Shown: positions 8,611-19,234, numbered from the stretch's first letter. The stretch: DNA of 48,993 nt from Candidatus Rokuibacteriota bacterium (GCA_016209425.1 JACQWA010000257.1:1-48993), one strand, 5' to 3'. The notes: generated by a model not told the origin, from the letters alone. Numbers and translations: made by a program.

Positions 8611-9987
8611 GTGAGGGGGGCGGCGTACCGGGAGTGGTTGCGGGGGCGAAGAGTCTCGGTCGTGGGCCTCGCCCGGAGCGGGGTGGCCGCCTGCCGGCTT
8701 CTCCGGCGTCTCGGCGCTGTCGTGCTCGCGTCCGACGCCAAGCCGCGCCAGGCCCTCAGCGCGGATGTCCTGTCGCTGGAGGCCGACGGAGTGAGCGTCT
8801 CGGCGGGCGGACATCCGACGGAGGTCTTCAGGGGGGCCGAGCTGGTCGTTGTGAGCCCCGGGGTACCAAGCCAGCTTCCGATCCTCCAGGAGCTTCGGGA
8901 GAAAGGCGTGACGGTGATCGGCGAGCTGGAGCTGGCCTGGCGGATCATGGAGGCCCCGGTGATCGCCATCACGGGCACCAACGGGAAGACGACGACGACG
9001 GCCCTGACGGGGACCCTCCTGCGCGAGCAGAGCCGGCCTGTCCTGGTGGCGGGAAACATCGGCACCCCCCTCGCCGCCCATGCGCTCGACGTGCCTCCGG
9101 ACGGAATCGTCGTGGTGGAGGTTTCGAGCTTCCAGCTGGAAACCATCGAGACGTTCCGGCCTCGGGTGGCGGCATTCCTGAACCTGAGCGCCGACCATCT
9201 GGATCGCCACGGCAGCTTCGCGGCGTACGCGAACGCCAAGTGCCGGATCTTCGAGAACCAGACGGAAGCGGACTGCGCCGTCCTGAACGCGGATGACGCG
9301 CTGACCGCCCAGCTTGCCGGCCGCACGAAGGCCCAGGTGGTGTTCTTCAGCCGGACGCGGACGCTGGACACCGGGGTGTTCTGCCACGACGGGTGGATCG
9401 TCGCCAAGCTCAACGGCCATGTGGAGCGGATCTGCCCGGTGGGCGAGATCTTTCTGCGCGGGAGCCACAATTTGGAAAATGTGCTGGCGGCGACGGCCTG
9501 CGCGCTCTGGACTGGGATCGCGCCCGAGCCGTTGCGCCGGGGGATCGGGTCGTTTCGGGGGGTGGAGCATCGGATGGAGTGGGTCCGCGACCTCCAGGGC
9601 GTGGCCTATTACAACGACTCGAAGGGGACGAACGTGGCGTCCACCATCAAGGCGCTGGAGAGTTTCAGCGAGCCCGTGATCCTGATCGCCGGCGGTCGCG
9701 GCAAGGGACAGGATTTCGGGGCTCTGGCGGAGGCGGCCCGCGGGCGGGTCCGAGCCGCGATCCTGATCGGGGAGGATCGAGAGAAGGTCCGGCGCTGCCT
9801 GGGGGAGACGATTCCCTCGATGTTCGCCGAGTCCATGGGGGAGGCCGTGCACCTGGCGCGGGAGTGGGCGCGGGCGGGCGAGGTGGTTCTGCTCTCGCCG
9901 GCCTGCGCCTCCTTTGACATGTTCGAGAATTTCGAGGAGCGGGGCGAGGTCTTCAAGGCGGTCGTCCTGACGTTGCGCGGCGCCTGA
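8611..9987 (+). CDS. murD: UDP-N-acetylmuramoylalanine--D-glutamate ligase
   Basis: VVGLARSG Rossmann start, ITGTNGKTTT, GSHNLENVLAA, YNDSKGTN. GTG 8611 is preceded by GGAGGAGACGGAG. The track start at 8500 would add an atypical 37-aa extension. Confidence 0.9.
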   Translation: MRGAAYREWLRGRRVSVVGLARSGVAACRLLRRLGAVVLASDAKPRQALSADVLSLEADGVSVSAGGHPTEVFRGAELVVVSPGVPSQLPILQELREKGVTVIGELELAWRIMEAPVIAITGTNGKTTTTALTGTLLREQSRPVLVAGNIGTPLAAHALDVPPDGIVVVEVSSFQLETIETFRPRVAAFLNLSADHLDRHGSFAAYANAKCRIFENQTEADCAVLNADDALTAQLAGRTKAQVVFFSRTRTLDTGVFCHDGWIVAKLNGHVERICPVGEIFLRGSHNLENVLAATACALWTGIAPEPLRRGIGSFRGVEHRMEWVRDLQGVAYYNDSKGTNVASTIKALESFSEPVILIAGGRGKGQDFGALAEAARGRVRAAILIGEDREKVRRCLGETIPSMFAESMGEAVHLAREWARAGEVVLLSPACASFDMFENFEERGEVFKAVVLTLRGA

Positions 9988-11087
9988 TGCCAAAAAAGTT
10001 GGTGCCCGACATGTGGCTCTTCGGCGTGGTCGTGGCCCTGGTGTCCATCGGGGTGGTCATGGTCTACTCGGCCAGCGCCATCGTGGCCGCCGACCGCTTC
10101 CGCGATCCGTATTTCTTTCTGAAGAAGCAGCTCTTCTGGGCTCTGCTGGGCTTTGGCTGCCTGTGGGCGGCCATGACACTGGATTACCGCTCCCTCCAGC
10201 GGATCGTGGTGCCGCTCCTTGTCCTGTCACTGGTCCTCCTGGTGCTCGTGCTCGTCCCGCCCTTCAGCCAGGAGATTCACGGCACACGACGCTGGTTCCG
10301 CTGGGGCCCGGTGTCCTTCCAGCCCGCCGAGCTCGCCAAGTTTTCCCTCGTGGTGTACCTCGCCGCCTTTCTCGCGCGGCGACGGGAGGTTGTGGAGAGC
10401 TTCTGGCTCGGCCTCCTGCCCCCCCTCCTGGTGGCGGGAGCCATGGCCGGGCTGGTGCTCCTCCAGCCGGACCTGGGGTCGAGCCTCGCGCTGGTCGCGC
10501 TGGTCTTCTGCCTCCTCTTCTTGGCGGGAGGCCGCCTTAAGCAGATGACGCTGGTGGCCGCCTCCGCACTCCCGCTCGTCGCGGTGACGATCTTCATGGC
10601 GCCCTACCGGAGCAGGCGGATCCTGACCTTCCTGGATCCGTGGGCGGACCCGCGCGGGAGCGGCTTTCAGATCATCCAGTCCTACTTGGCCTTGGGCTCC
10701 GGCGGCCTGTTCGGACGCGGGCTCGGGGAGTCGAAGCAGAAGCTCTTCTATTTGCCGGAGCCCCACACAGACTTCATCTTTGCCGTCCTCGGCGAAGAGG
10801 TGGGCTTGCTCGGGGCGTCGGCGGTGGTCTGCCTGTTCGGCCTTCTGATCTGGCGCGGAATTCGCATTGGGCTCGGTGCCCCGGACCTCTTCGGCGCCTT
10901 TCTCGCCCTGGGGCTGACGACCCTCTTGGCCTGCCAGACGCTCGTCAACCTCGGGGTCGTCACCGGCGCGCTCCCGACGAAGGGGCTCCCGCTCCCATTC
11001 GTCTCCTTTGGCGGCTCGTCGCTGCTGATGGCGATGGTCTCGATCGGGGTGCTCCTCAACGTCTCGCAGCATACGAGGGACGCCTGA
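9987..11087 (+). CDS. ftsW: SEDS-family peptidoglycan glycosyltransferase FtsW
   Basis: About 10 TM helices. Motifs include RWFRWGPVSFQPAELAK, PEPHTDFIFAVLGEE and LPLPFVSFGGSS. TGATG overlap with the murD stop. Confidence 0.9.
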   Translation: MPKKLVPDMWLFGVVVALVSIGVVMVYSASAIVAADRFRDPYFFLKKQLFWALLGFGCLWAAMTLDYRSLQRIVVPLLVLSLVLLVLVLVPPFSQEIHGTRRWFRWGPVSFQPAELAKFSLVVYLAAFLARRREVVESFWLGLLPPLLVAGAMAGLVLLQPDLGSSLALVALVFCLLFLAGGRLKQMTLVAASALPLVAVTIFMAPYRSRRILTFLDPWADPRGSGFQIIQSYLALGSGGLFGRGLGESKQKLFYLPEPHTDFIFAVLGEEVGLLGASAVVCLFGLLIWRGIRIGLGAPDLFGAFLALGLTTLLACQTLVNLGVVTGALPTKGLPLPFVSFGGSSLLMAMVSIGVLLNVSQHTRDA

Positions 11088-11378
11088 TGCGCCCGGCCGC
11101 GCTAGTTCTAGCCCGGGAGGCGTCCGCCCTCGCTCGCAGGCCTCCGGCGGTGACCCTTTCGTGGCTCGCGCGGCGGGGATGCCCCTCCAGACTCGCTCCC
11201 GTCGCCCGTGATCGCTTGGAAATTGCCGATGGCAGTTTCGCGTCTCCAAGACTTTGGCCGGGGTGTGCGGTCTGGCTTCCCCTGCCGCGCTCACTCACGA
11301 TGGGGCCCCCACCGCCTCCGGCAGTGCTCGCTCGGACGGATCGCCTCCCGGGCGCACCGAACACGACGGGGGGGCCTC

Positions 11379-12785
11379 ATGTTTAAGAAGTACCAGCAGA
11401 TCCACTTCGTGGGGATCGGCGGCGCCGGCATGAGCGGCATCGCCGAGGTGCTCCTGAACATGGGCTACCGCGTCACGGGCTCGGACCTGAAGCGCGGCGA
11501 GGCCGTGGAGCGGCTCGAGCGCCTCGGGGCCAAGGTGTTTACGGGCCATGAGCCCTCCCACCTCGAGGGGGCCCATGTGGTCGTCTACTCCGCCGCGGTC
11601 GCCAAGGACAACGTCGAGATCCAGGTGGCCCGCCAGCGCCAGATCCCGACGATCCCGCGGGCAGAGATGCTCGCCGAGCTCATGCGGCTCAAGTACGGGA
11701 TCGCGGTCGCGGGCACCCATGGCAAGACCACCACGACCTCCATGGTGGCGGCGGTCCTGGCGGAGGGAGGCTTCGATCCCACCGTGGTCGTCGGCGGGCG
11801 CATTCAGGGGCTGGGGGCCAACGCCCGGCTCGGGCAGGGCGAATACCTGGTGGCCGAGGCGGACGAGTCGGATGGCTCGTTCCTCAAGCTCACCCCGACC
11901 ATCGCGGTCGTGACCACGATCGATGCGGAGCACCTCGACTACTACAAGGACGTCGACGCCATCAGCGAGGCGTTCCTGGCCTTCATCAACAAAGTCCCGT
12001 TCTACGGGGCCGCAATACTCTGCCTGGACCAGCCCCAGATTCAGCGCCTGATCCCGCGGGTGGAGAAGCGGCTGGCGACGTACGGCCTCGAATCGGGCGC
12101 CGAATTCACGGCCCGGCGTCTGGCGCTGTCGGGCCTCACCTGCCGGTTCGAGGTCCTTCATCGGGGACGCTCACAGGGAGAGTGTCTGCTCCAGGTTCCA
12201 GGCAGGCACAACGTCCTCAATGCCCTCGCGGCCATCGCGGTCGGGATGGACCTGGAGATCCCCTTTACGGGCATTCAGCGGGCGCTGGCCGGCTTTTCGG
12301 GCGTCCAGCGCCGCTTTCAGGTCAGGGGAGAGGTCGGCGGGGTGCTGGTGGTGGACGATTACGGCCACCATCCCGCCGAAATCCGGGCGACGCTGGCCGC
12401 CGCCAAGGCCGCCTTCGACCGGCGTGTGATCACCGTGTTTCAGCCTCACCGCTACACCCGCACCCTCCACCTCCGTCAGGAGTTCCTGACGGCGTTCTAT
12501 CAGACCGATGTGCTTGTCGTGATGGACGTCTACCCGGCCGGCGAGCCGCCCATCCCAGGCGTGCACGCCCGCGACCTGGCCGAGGGGATCGCGTCACACG
12601 GTCACCGGGAGGTGGTGTACCTGGACAACGATCGCCAACGGATCCTGGATTACCTCGGCGAAATCACGCGTCCAGGGGATTTGGTCCTGACTCTCGGCGC
12701 CGGAGACATCGGGACGCTGGGCGGGGAACTGGTGGCCCGGCTCACCGCCCAGGAGGGTGCAACGAAGAGGAGGTCCACATGCTAG
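11379..12785 (+). CDS. murC: UDP-N-acetylmuramate--L-alanine ligase
   Basis: [24 protein letters not shown]-terminus, [24 protein letters not shown] 11379. The 57-codon upstream extension in the track has no MurC similarity. Confidence 0.92.
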   Translation: MFKKYQQIHFVGIGGAGMSGIAEVLLNMGYRVTGSDLKRGEAVERLERLGAKVFTGHEPSHLEGAHVVVYSAAVAKDNVEIQVARQRQIPTIPRAEMLAELMRLKYGIAVAGTHGKTTTTSMVAAVLAEGGFDPTVVVGGRIQGLGANARLGQGEYLVAEADESDGSFLKLTPTIAVVTTIDAEHLDYYKDVDAISEAFLAFINKVPFYGAAILCLDQPQIQRLIPRVEKRLATYGLESGAEFTARRLALSGLTCRFEVLHRGRSQGECLLQVPGRHNVLNALAAIAVGMDLEIPFTGIQRALAGFSGVQRRFQVRGEVGGVLVVDDYGHHPAEIRATLAAAKAAFDRRVITVFQPHRYTRTLHLRQEFLTAFYQTDVLVVMDVYPAGEPPIPGVHARDLAEGIASHGHREVVYLDNDRQRILDYLGEITRPGDLVLTLGAGDIGTLGGELVARLTAQEGATKRRSTC

Positions 12786-13657
12786 GAGAGATCCGGGGCG
12801 AGGTGCGCTTCAAGGAGCCCCTGAGCTTCCATACCTCCTTGCGCATAGGGGGGCCAGCGGACATCTTCGTCATCCCCCAGGACGTGGATGATATCCGCCA
12901 AGCGGTGTCTTACGCCGAAAAGGAGGGCCTCCCGCTGGAGGTGATCGGCGGCGGGAACAACCTCCTGGTCAAAGATCGCGGTGTCCGCGGCGTTGTCGTC
13001 AAGCTGGAGGGGTGTCTGGGTCGCGTCGAATTCCGCGGTGAAGAGGTGGTGGCCGGCGCGGGCGCGAGCCTCTCGGCGTTGATCCGCGAGGCCGCCGCCC
13101 TGGGGCTCGGGGGGATCGAGTGCCTCGTGGGAATTCCGGCCACCATCGGCGGGGCGCTCGCCATGAATGCGGGCACCCCCGACGGCTCGATCGGCGACTT
13201 CGTTTCGGCGGTGTACTTTCTCCACGCGGATGGAACTCTGGGGGAGTTCAAGCCGGGGGCAGGCGCCTTCACGTACCGGGCCTTCCACTGCCCCTCCGGC
13301 GCCATCCTGGTCGGGGCGCGGCTCCAGCTCCACCGGCACCCTCAGGTCGAGATCCAGAAAGAGATCAAACAACGGCTGAAACAGAAAAAGGCCACCCAAC
13401 CCCTGGCTCTGGCGTCGGCGGGCTGCGTCTGGAAGAACCCGGCGTCGGACTTCGCGGGACGGCTGATCGAAAAGGTGGGGCTGAAGGGCAAGCGACTGAG
13501 CGGCGCCGAGATCTCGTCCAAGCACGCCAACTTCATCGTCAACCGCGGCGGAGCCTCGGCCGCCGACATCCTGGCGCTCATGGAGCTGGCGCAGGAGCGG
13601 GTCGCGACCCAATTCGGCATCAAGCTGGAGCCCGAGATCCGGATCATCGGCGAGTAA
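12779..13657 (+). CDS. murB: UDP-N-acetylenolpyruvoylglucosamine reductase
   Basis: [41 protein letters not shown] motifs. ATG 12779 overlaps the murC stop (12783-85). Confidence 0.9.
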   Translation: MLGEIRGEVRFKEPLSFHTSLRIGGPADIFVIPQDVDDIRQAVSYAEKEGLPLEVIGGGNNLLVKDRGVRGVVVKLEGCLGRVEFRGEEVVAGAGASLSALIREAAALGLGGIECLVGIPATIGGALAMNAGTPDGSIGDFVSAVYFLHADGTLGEFKPGAGAFTYRAFHCPSGAILVGARLQLHRHPQVEIQKEIKQRLKQKKATQPLALASAGCVWKNPASDFAGRLIEKVGLKGKRLSGAEISSKHANFIVNRGGASAADILALMELAQERVATQFGIKLEPEIRIIGE

Positions 13658-14517
13658 TGCCCACGCGAGCGGGGATCCTTTCGCCGCGGCGTGCTCCGGG
13701 AGCCCTCCCGGATCTGGCCGAGCGCTCCCCGTTCATCACGGGCCAGCGGGTGCGACGCCGTCGTCGCCGGCGCGCCGCGCACGGCATCCTCTCCGCCCTC
13801 AGGGCGGTCGGGACGGTCCTCTTCCTCGCCGCCGCGGCGGCGTCCCTCGCCGCGGGCGTTCACTGGCTCTTCACGTCCCCCCGTTTCGCGGTCGCCTCGA
13901 TTGAGGTGCGGGGGGCCAGCCGGCTCGCGCGGGCCGAAGTCGTTTCGGCTGCCAAGATCCCTCCCGGCGAAAACCTCTTCCGTCTGGATTCCGAAGGGGT
14001 CGTGGCGCGGCTCCTGCGCCTGCCGCCGGTCAAGAGGGCCGAGGTGATCCGTTCGTTCCCGAACCGCGTCACCCTCGTCGTCGAAGAGCGCCTGCCCTTC
14101 ACGCTCGCCCAGGCGGGACGGCTCTACTGGCTGGACGAGGAGGGCGTGAGCCTGGGTCCCGAGCTCCGCGCGGTGACGCCGCCGCTTCCGGTGATCGCCG
14201 GGATTGATCCGGACGAAGCCCGGCGAGGGGGAACCGCCACAGAGGGCGCCCGGGACGCGGTCTCCTTGATCCGGTCAATCCTCAGGACTGGGAGCCCGCT
14301 TATCGGGGAGATTTCCGAGATCGACATGAGCGGTCAGGACGGCCCTGTCCTGTATACCGTCGAGGGCGTTGAGGTGAGGCTCGGCAACACGGACTGGGAG
14401 GAGCGGCTCGGCCGCCTCGACGGACTGCTCACCCAGATCCGCACGCTGGGGGAACCGGTCGTGTACGTCGATCTGAGATTCCGGGGCCAGGTGGTGTTCA
14501 AACCGCGGCCTCGATAG
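13657..14517 (+). CDS. ftsQ: Cell division protein FtsQ (POTRA domain)
   Basis: Arg-rich N-terminus, one TM helix (VGTVLFLAAAAASLAAGVHWLF), and a POTRA-like segment FAVASIEVRGASRLARAEV. TAATG overlap with the murB stop. Position is between murB and ftsA. Confidence 0.75.
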   Translation: MPTRAGILSPRRAPGALPDLAERSPFITGQRVRRRRRRRAAHGILSALRAVGTVLFLAAAAASLAAGVHWLFTSPRFAVASIEVRGASRLARAEVVSAAKIPPGENLFRLDSEGVVARLLRLPPVKRAEVIRSFPNRVTLVVEERLPFTLAQAGRLYWLDEEGVSLGPELRAVTPPLPVIAGIDPDEARRGGTATEGARDAVSLIRSILRTGSPLIGEISEIDMSGQDGPVLYTVEGVEVRLGNTDWEERLGRLDGLLTQIRTLGEPVVYVDLRFRGQVVFKPRPR

Positions 14518-14525
14518 GGGAGCGC

Positions 14526-15767
14526 GTGGGCAGGGGCGCGCGGCAGACGGTGATGACCGGGCTGGACGTGGGCACGACGAAAGTCTGCGCCATCATCGCC
14601 GAGGTCACCCCCCTCGGGGGCCTCAACATCATCGGGGTCGGGACGAGCCCCTCCCGCGGCCTCCGAAAAGGGGCGGTGGTGAACATCGACTCCACGGTCG
14701 AGGCGATCAAGAAGGCGGTGGGGGAAGCCGAGCAGATGGCGGGCGTCGAGGTCGGCTCCGTCTACGCGGGCGTATCGGGCGGTCACATCCGGGGAGTCAA
14801 CAGCCGTGGGGTGGTGGCCGTTTCCGGCAAGAGCAAAGAGGTGAGCCCGGCCGACCTGGAGCGCGCGTTGGAGGCGGCCCGGGCCATCAACATCCCGCCC
14901 GATCGGGAGATCATCCATGTTCTTCCCCAGACCTACGTGGTGGACGACCAGGACGGCGTCAAGGAGCCGCTCGGGATGTCCGGGGTGCGACTGGAGGTGG
15001 AGGTCCACATCGTCACCGCCGCCGTGACCTCCGTCCAGAACGTGATCCGGAGCGTCAACCGCGCCGGCCTGACCGTGCAGGACATCGTCCTGCAACCCCT
15101 CGCTTCCTCCGAGGCGATCGTTTCGCCCGACGAAAAGGAGCTCGGCGTCCTGCTGATTGACCTGGGCGGCGGGACCACGGATGTGGCCCTCTTCAGGGAT
15201 GGGGCGATCGTGCACACGGGGGTGTTGGCCCTGGGTGGAGACCACATCTCCAACGACATTGCCGTGGGGCTCAGGACTCCCACGGCGGAGGCCGAAGAGC
15301 TCAAGAAGCGGCACGGCTGCGCCCTCACCGCTCTGGTGAGGGAGGAGGAGACCATCGAGATCCCATCCGTCGGCGGCCGCAAGCCGCGCGCGCTCTCCCG
15401 CCAGATCCTGTCGGAGATCATCCAGCCCCGGGTCGAGGAGATCTTCACGCTGGTGGCCCGGGACCTCGGCAGAGCCGGCCTCCAGGATGCGGCCGTTGCC
15501 GGCGTGGTGGTGACGGGAGGGACATCGATCATGGAAGGGGTGCCCGAGTTGGCGGGGCAGGTGTTCGACCTCCCGGTGCGGCGCGGGATCCCCGAGGGCG
15601 TGGGCGGCCTCGGTGCGGCGGTTCAGAGCCCGATCTACGCCACCGGCGTGGGGCTGGCGCTCTACGGACTCCGGGCCGGGCACCTCGCCCCCGTCGACGG
15701 GGGGGACGGGCGGTGGCTCGCCCGGTTCTCGCGCCGAATGAGGGACTGGTTCGATGAGGCGTTTTGA
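14526..15767 (+). CDS. ftsA: Cell division protein FtsA
   Basis: Actin-fold motifs [36 protein letters not shown] 14526 has a GGGGAG SD. ATG 14553 is an alternative start. Confidence 0.9.
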   Translation: MGRGARQTVMTGLDVGTTKVCAIIAEVTPLGGLNIIGVGTSPSRGLRKGAVVNIDSTVEAIKKAVGEAEQMAGVEVGSVYAGVSGGHIRGVNSRGVVAVSGKSKEVSPADLERALEAARAINIPPDREIIHVLPQTYVVDDQDGVKEPLGMSGVRLEVEVHIVTAAVTSVQNVIRSVNRAGLTVQDIVLQPLASSEAIVSPDEKELGVLLIDLGGGTTDVALFRDGAIVHTGVLALGGDHISNDIAVGLRTPTAEAEELKKRHGCALTALVREEETIEIPSVGGRKPRALSRQILSEIIQPRVEEIFTLVARDLGRAGLQDAAVAGVVVTGGTSIMEGVPELAGQVFDLPVRRGIPEGVGGLGAAVQSPIYATGVGLALYGLRAGHLAPVDGGDGRWLARFSRRMRDWFDEAF

Positions 15768-15910
15768 CTCGGCGGGGCAGGCTGATGACGGGTGAGGGGC
15801 TCCCGGCGGGGAGGTCGGACGGGCAGGCTGAGCTCTTTCTCCATCTGCCTGCTCGCCGCGGGAGCAGCGCTGCTTCGCGGGGAGAACAAGCCTCAAGGAG
15901 GGGGGCATCG

Positions 15911-17080
15911 ATGGAGGAGTCGCGTGCAAGGCGGCCGCTCTTCGAGCTGGAGGACGGAGCAGGAGCCGGCGATGACGGGCGGGAAGTGGCCAGAATCAAG
16001 GTGATCGGCCTCGGCGGCGGCGGTGGCAACGCGGTGAACCGGATGATGGCCTCTCGATTCACCGGGGTTGAGTTTATCGTCGCGAACACCGATAGCCAGG
16101 CGCTTCGGAGCTCCTCGGCTCCGGTGAAGCTTCAGCTCGGGGCCCGGTTGACCGGCGGCCTCGGGGCGGGCTCCGACCCCGAAGTGGGGCGGCGGGCGGC
16201 GGAGGAAGATCGGGAACAGATCGCTCGCATCCTGGCAGGCGCCGACATGGTCTTTGTGACCGCCGGGCTGGGCGGCGGCACCGGCACGGGGGCCGCTCCC
16301 ATCGTGGCGGGGGTGGCCAAGGAACTGGGGATCCTGACGGTCGCCGTGGTCACGAAGCCGTTCACCTTTGAGGGCCGGAAGCGCGCCCAGCAAGCTGAAG
16401 CGGGAGTCGTGGAACTCCGGGGGGTCGTCGATACGCTGATCACGATTCCCAACCAGAGGCTCCTGGCGGTGGTGGAGCGGGGCACGCCGCTCCTGGAAGC
16501 CTTCAAGGTCGTGGATTCCGTTTTGCATCAGGCCGTGCAAGGGATCTCGGACCTCATCCTCGTCCCCGGGCTGATCAACCTCGACTTCGCCGACGTCCGC
16601 ACCATTATGTCCGGAATGGGGATGGCGCTGATGGGGACGGGCGTCGGCAGGGGGGAGCATCGGGCTCTGGACGCCGCTCAGAAGGCTGTCGCAAGCCCCC
16701 TCCTGGATGAAACTTCGATCGAGGGCGCCCGCGGAATTCTGATCAATTTCACGGGAGGCCCGGACCTTTCCCTCCACGAGGTGGAGGAAGCTGCGCGAAT
16801 CGTCCAGGAGGCCGCCCATGAGGAAGCGAACATCATCTTCGGCGCGGTGATCGACGGGAGCCTCGAGGACGAGGTCAGGCTCACGGTGATCGCGACCGGC
16901 TTCTCCGAGCGGAAGGAGGCCACCGGGCCGGGCGGCAAGGTGGTGGATCTGGCGAAGACCCCGAGGCCCATGCCGGCAAGCCCGTGGCGGCGCCGGACCG
17001 CGGAGATCCGGGCCGAGGGGGAGGAGCCCGTCGCAGAGGATCTCGACGTTCCCGCCTTCCTCCGACGGCAGGCGGATTAA
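15911..17080 (+). CDS. ftsZ: Cell division GTPase FtsZ
   Basis: [32 protein letters not shown] (tubulin signature), and the C-terminal [13 protein letters not shown] peptide. AAGGAGGGG SD upstream of ATG 15911. Confidence 0.95.
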   Translation: MEESRARRPLFELEDGAGAGDDGREVARIKVIGLGGGGGNAVNRMMASRFTGVEFIVANTDSQALRSSSAPVKLQLGARLTGGLGAGSDPEVGRRAAEEDREQIARILAGADMVFVTAGLGGGTGTGAAPIVAGVAKELGILTVAVVTKPFTFEGRKRAQQAEAGVVELRGVVDTLITIPNQRLLAVVERGTPLLEAFKVVDSVLHQAVQGISDLILVPGLINLDFADVRTIMSGMGMALMGTGVGRGEHRALDAAQKAVASPLLDETSIEGARGILINFTGGPDLSLHEVEEAARIVQEAAHEEANIIFGAVIDGSLEDEVRLTVIATGFSERKEATGPGGKVVDLAKTPRPMPASPWRRRTAEIRAEGEEPVAEDLDVPAFLRRQAD

Positions 17081-17097
17081 CATCGGAGGGGGCCTCG

Positions 17098-18192
17098 ATG
17101 GCCCCCTCCGATGCCTCCCCCTATGAGCTTGCGCCGGCAAAGCCGGCGCTCGAGAGCGCCTGGCCAGTGGTGGCCGTAGAGTTTCTGACGACACCGGCGG
17201 TGCCGCCGGCGGAGGCGTTGCCTGAGCTGGCGGGAGTCCCCGCAACTTCGCCCCCCGACCTCCTGATCGCGCACGCCGCTACGGTGAAGGAGTGGCTGGC
17301 GATCCTCGACAAGCTCGAGACCATGGGAATCGCCCTTCGTCAGGCGGAGCGGGATCATCCGGACCCCCTGGTGGCGGTCTGGATTGCGGAAGCCACGGAG
17401 AACCCTGAGCCTCTGGCTCCCGTCGCCGACCTGATGTTGCTCGGGGGCGGATGGTCCTTACTCCGTCAACTGCTCCACGAGCTGGAGGGCTGCGGCCGCC
17501 TTGGACACGCTGTGAGCCTGGAGCGGCTCGCGGCGATCCCCGGCGTGTACGTCCCGTCGCTCTACGCGGTCGAGTACGCGCCGGAGGGCCCGATTGCCCG
17601 GGTGATGCCGCGTCCCGGAGTCCCCCTGCCGGCGGGGCGCGAAGGGGCGGCGCCGTTTCCGCTGAGGACGGAGACGGGATACCGGCGCTATTTTGTCGGG
17701 GAGCCCAACGGCCGGATAGAGCGGATTGCCGAAGCGATCAAGCGGGAGCGCCACGAGGCGCGGGTCCGGCTCAAGCGGGAGCCCCCACCCGTCAGCGTGA
17801 GCCTGACCTGCCTGGTGCCCTGGCCCTGGGGGCCGTATCAGTGGGCGCCGATGGCGACCGAGGAGCGGTTGAAGGATGAGATCCGGCGAGCCTCGAGGCT
17901 GCTCGCCCGCGTTCCCGGAGTGATGGTGACGCATGATCAGCCGAAGTGGGCGCTCCTCGAAGGCGTGCTGAAGATGGGAGACCGGCGCGCGGGAGACCTG
18001 CTGCTTCTGACCCGGCGTCTCGGCTGGAATCAGGCCCGCCTTGCCTCGCCGCTGAATCCGGCCTTCATCCTCCACCGCCAGCGGCCGAAGAGCGAGATCC
18101 TTCCATGGGATCACCTCGGTTGGGGCATTGACCGTGGTGCCCTCTGGGAGGAGGCTGAGCCGCTCCGAGCGGGAGCGGGGCAGAAGTCGTGA
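17098..18192 (+). CDS. Radical-SAM-family (TIGR03960-like) scaffold protein lacking the CxxxCxxC core; function unknown
   Basis: It retains flanking signatures of that family: IPGVYVPSLYAVEYAPEG; VSVSLTCLVPWPWGPYQW (compare VSxSxFVPKPxTPFQW); LEGVLKMGDRR; ILPWDHLGWGI. It has only 2 Cys in total and no Fe-S motif. GGAGGGGG SD before ATG 17098. GTGA overlap with pgeF. Confidence 0.5.
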   Translation: MAPSDASPYELAPAKPALESAWPVVAVEFLTTPAVPPAEALPELAGVPATSPPDLLIAHAATVKEWLAILDKLETMGIALRQAERDHPDPLVAVWIAEATENPEPLAPVADLMLLGGGWSLLRQLLHELEGCGRLGHAVSLERLAAIPGVYVPSLYAVEYAPEGPIARVMPRPGVPLPAGREGAAPFPLRTETGYRRYFVGEPNGRIERIAEAIKRERHEARVRLKREPPPVSVSLTCLVPWPWGPYQWAPMATEERLKDEIRRASRLLARVPGVMVTHDQPKWALLEGVLKMGDRRAGDLLLLTRRLGWNQARLASPLNPAFILHRQRPKSEILPWDHLGWGIDRGALWEEAEPLRAGAGQKS

Positions 18193-18968
18193 ACGCCGCC
18201 ATCAAATTCCACGGAGAGCCGCCGACCTCCCTCACGCTTCCCGCTCTCGAGGCCCTGGGTCTTCGGCACGCCTCGACCACGCGCCACTGTCCGGGGATCG
18301 CCCACCCCTCCGAGCCGGTCTCCCCTGTCCGTCCGGAAGCGGCCGCCATCCTGGCGCGGCACGGCCTCAACCCGGCGAGGGTGACCTTCCTCCGCCAGGT
18401 TCACGGCGCGGGAGTGCAGCGCGCAGACAGTCTTCAGGGGGGATGCGCGGGCGCGGGCGACGTGTTGCTCACGACGAAACCGAAGCTTCCGCTGGCGGTC
18501 TTCACCGCCGATTGTCTGGCCATCGTCGTCTTCGATCCGGTGGAGCAACGGCTCGCGCTGGCCCACGTGGGATGGCGGGGGACGGTGCGAGGAGCCTCAG
18601 GGGCGGCGGTCAGGGCGCTCGTCGAAGAGGGAGCGCGCCCGGAGCAGCTGATGGCCGCGATCTTTCCCTCCATCGGTCCCTGTTGCTACGAGGTGGACCC
18701 CCCCGTGATCGAGCCGCTCGCGGCTGCCTTCCGCGACCGGTGGGAGGCGTGGACGAGGCCGGCGGGTCCGGGCAGGTGGCAGCTGGATCTCTGGGCCGCC
18801 AACGAGTCCCAGCTTTGCGCCGCGGGGGTTCCGGCAGACCGGATTGTCAACCCGCGACTCTGCACGGCGTGCCGCCCGGACCTTTTTTTCTCCTACCGGA
18901 AGGAGGGGAGCCGCGGCCGGCTGGTGACCTGCGCCGCGCTGCCCATCGGTGGCGAAGCCTCGCCCTGA
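18189..18968 (+). CDS. pgeF: Peptidoglycan editing factor PgeF (YfiH/DUF152 purine nucleoside phosphorylase/laccase-domain family)
   Basis: Motifs QVHG, TADCLAIVVFDP, AHVGWRG, IGPCCYEV, CTACRPDLFFSYR. Conserved position downstream of ftsZ (ylmD-type). Confidence 0.85.
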   Translation: MNAAIKFHGEPPTSLTLPALEALGLRHASTTRHCPGIAHPSEPVSPVRPEAAAILARHGLNPARVTFLRQVHGAGVQRADSLQGGCAGAGDVLLTTKPKLPLAVFTADCLAIVVFDPVEQRLALAHVGWRGTVRGASGAAVRALVEEGARPEQLMAAIFPSIGPCCYEVDPPVIEPLAAAFRDRWEAWTRPAGPGRWQLDLWAANESQLCAAGVPADRIVNPRLCTACRPDLFFSYRKEGSRGRLVTCAALPIGGEASP

Positions 18969-19234
18969 GCCCGCCGCGAAGCTTGAACCGCCGACAATGG
19001 TTGAGGCTCGGGATTTTTCAAGCGGCGACGCAGCCTGATGCGTAGAATATGCGTGTAGGAGGCGTCCTCATACAGTTGGAACATGGCGACGAATGGGGAG
19101 ACGAAGAGGGAAAGGTTTCGATGTAAATCGAATGCGGCGTTCGTGATCGCGATTCTGCTCATCTGGGGATCTTCCGTAGCCGCACAGCCCAAATCCTTCA
19201 AAGACTGCATGCGGCTTCGGCCCTGAAGGTCCGC

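Noticed and set aside
5985-9470. 1161-aa ORF on the minus strand, the longest ORF in the track
   Set aside because: It is antisense to murF, mraY and murD, which carry unambiguous family motifs. Its product is Arg/Pro/Gly/His-rich low-complexity sequence. That is typical of stop-free antisense frames in very high-G+C DNA.
11108-11117. Third occurrence of CTAGCCCGG (family A arm) in the murG gap
   Set aside because: Only 9-10 nt match and there is no inverted partner. A 9-mer match somewhere in 49 kb on two strands is not improbable by chance.
10640-11386. 248-aa + strand ORF spanning the ftsW 3' end and the ftsW-murC gap, considered as a murG remnant
   Set aside because: It has no GGTGGH or other MurG motif. 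Most of it overlaps ftsW out of frame. Its composition is Arg/Pro/Ala-rich.
14334-15929. Long minus-strand ORFs opposite ftsA, pilB, serA and the sagB-like gene (14334-15929, 32761-34407, 28196-29623, 24948-26429 and similar)
   Set aside because: Same reasoning as above. Each lies antisense to a gene with strong conserved motifs, and each has biased Arg/Pro/Gly composition with no motifs.
18893-19226. Small ORFs in the low-G+C spacer after pgeF. One is minus-strand, 105 aa (18893-19210). The other is plus-strand, 47 aa, with a signal-peptide-like core (19083-19226, MATNGETKRERFRCKSNAAFVIAILLIWGSSVAAQP...).
   Set aside because: Neither has a Shine-Dalgarno or a recognisable motif. The minus-strand ORF overlaps the pgeF 3' end by 76 nt. 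They may be remnants of the eroded islet, but I cannot support them as genes.
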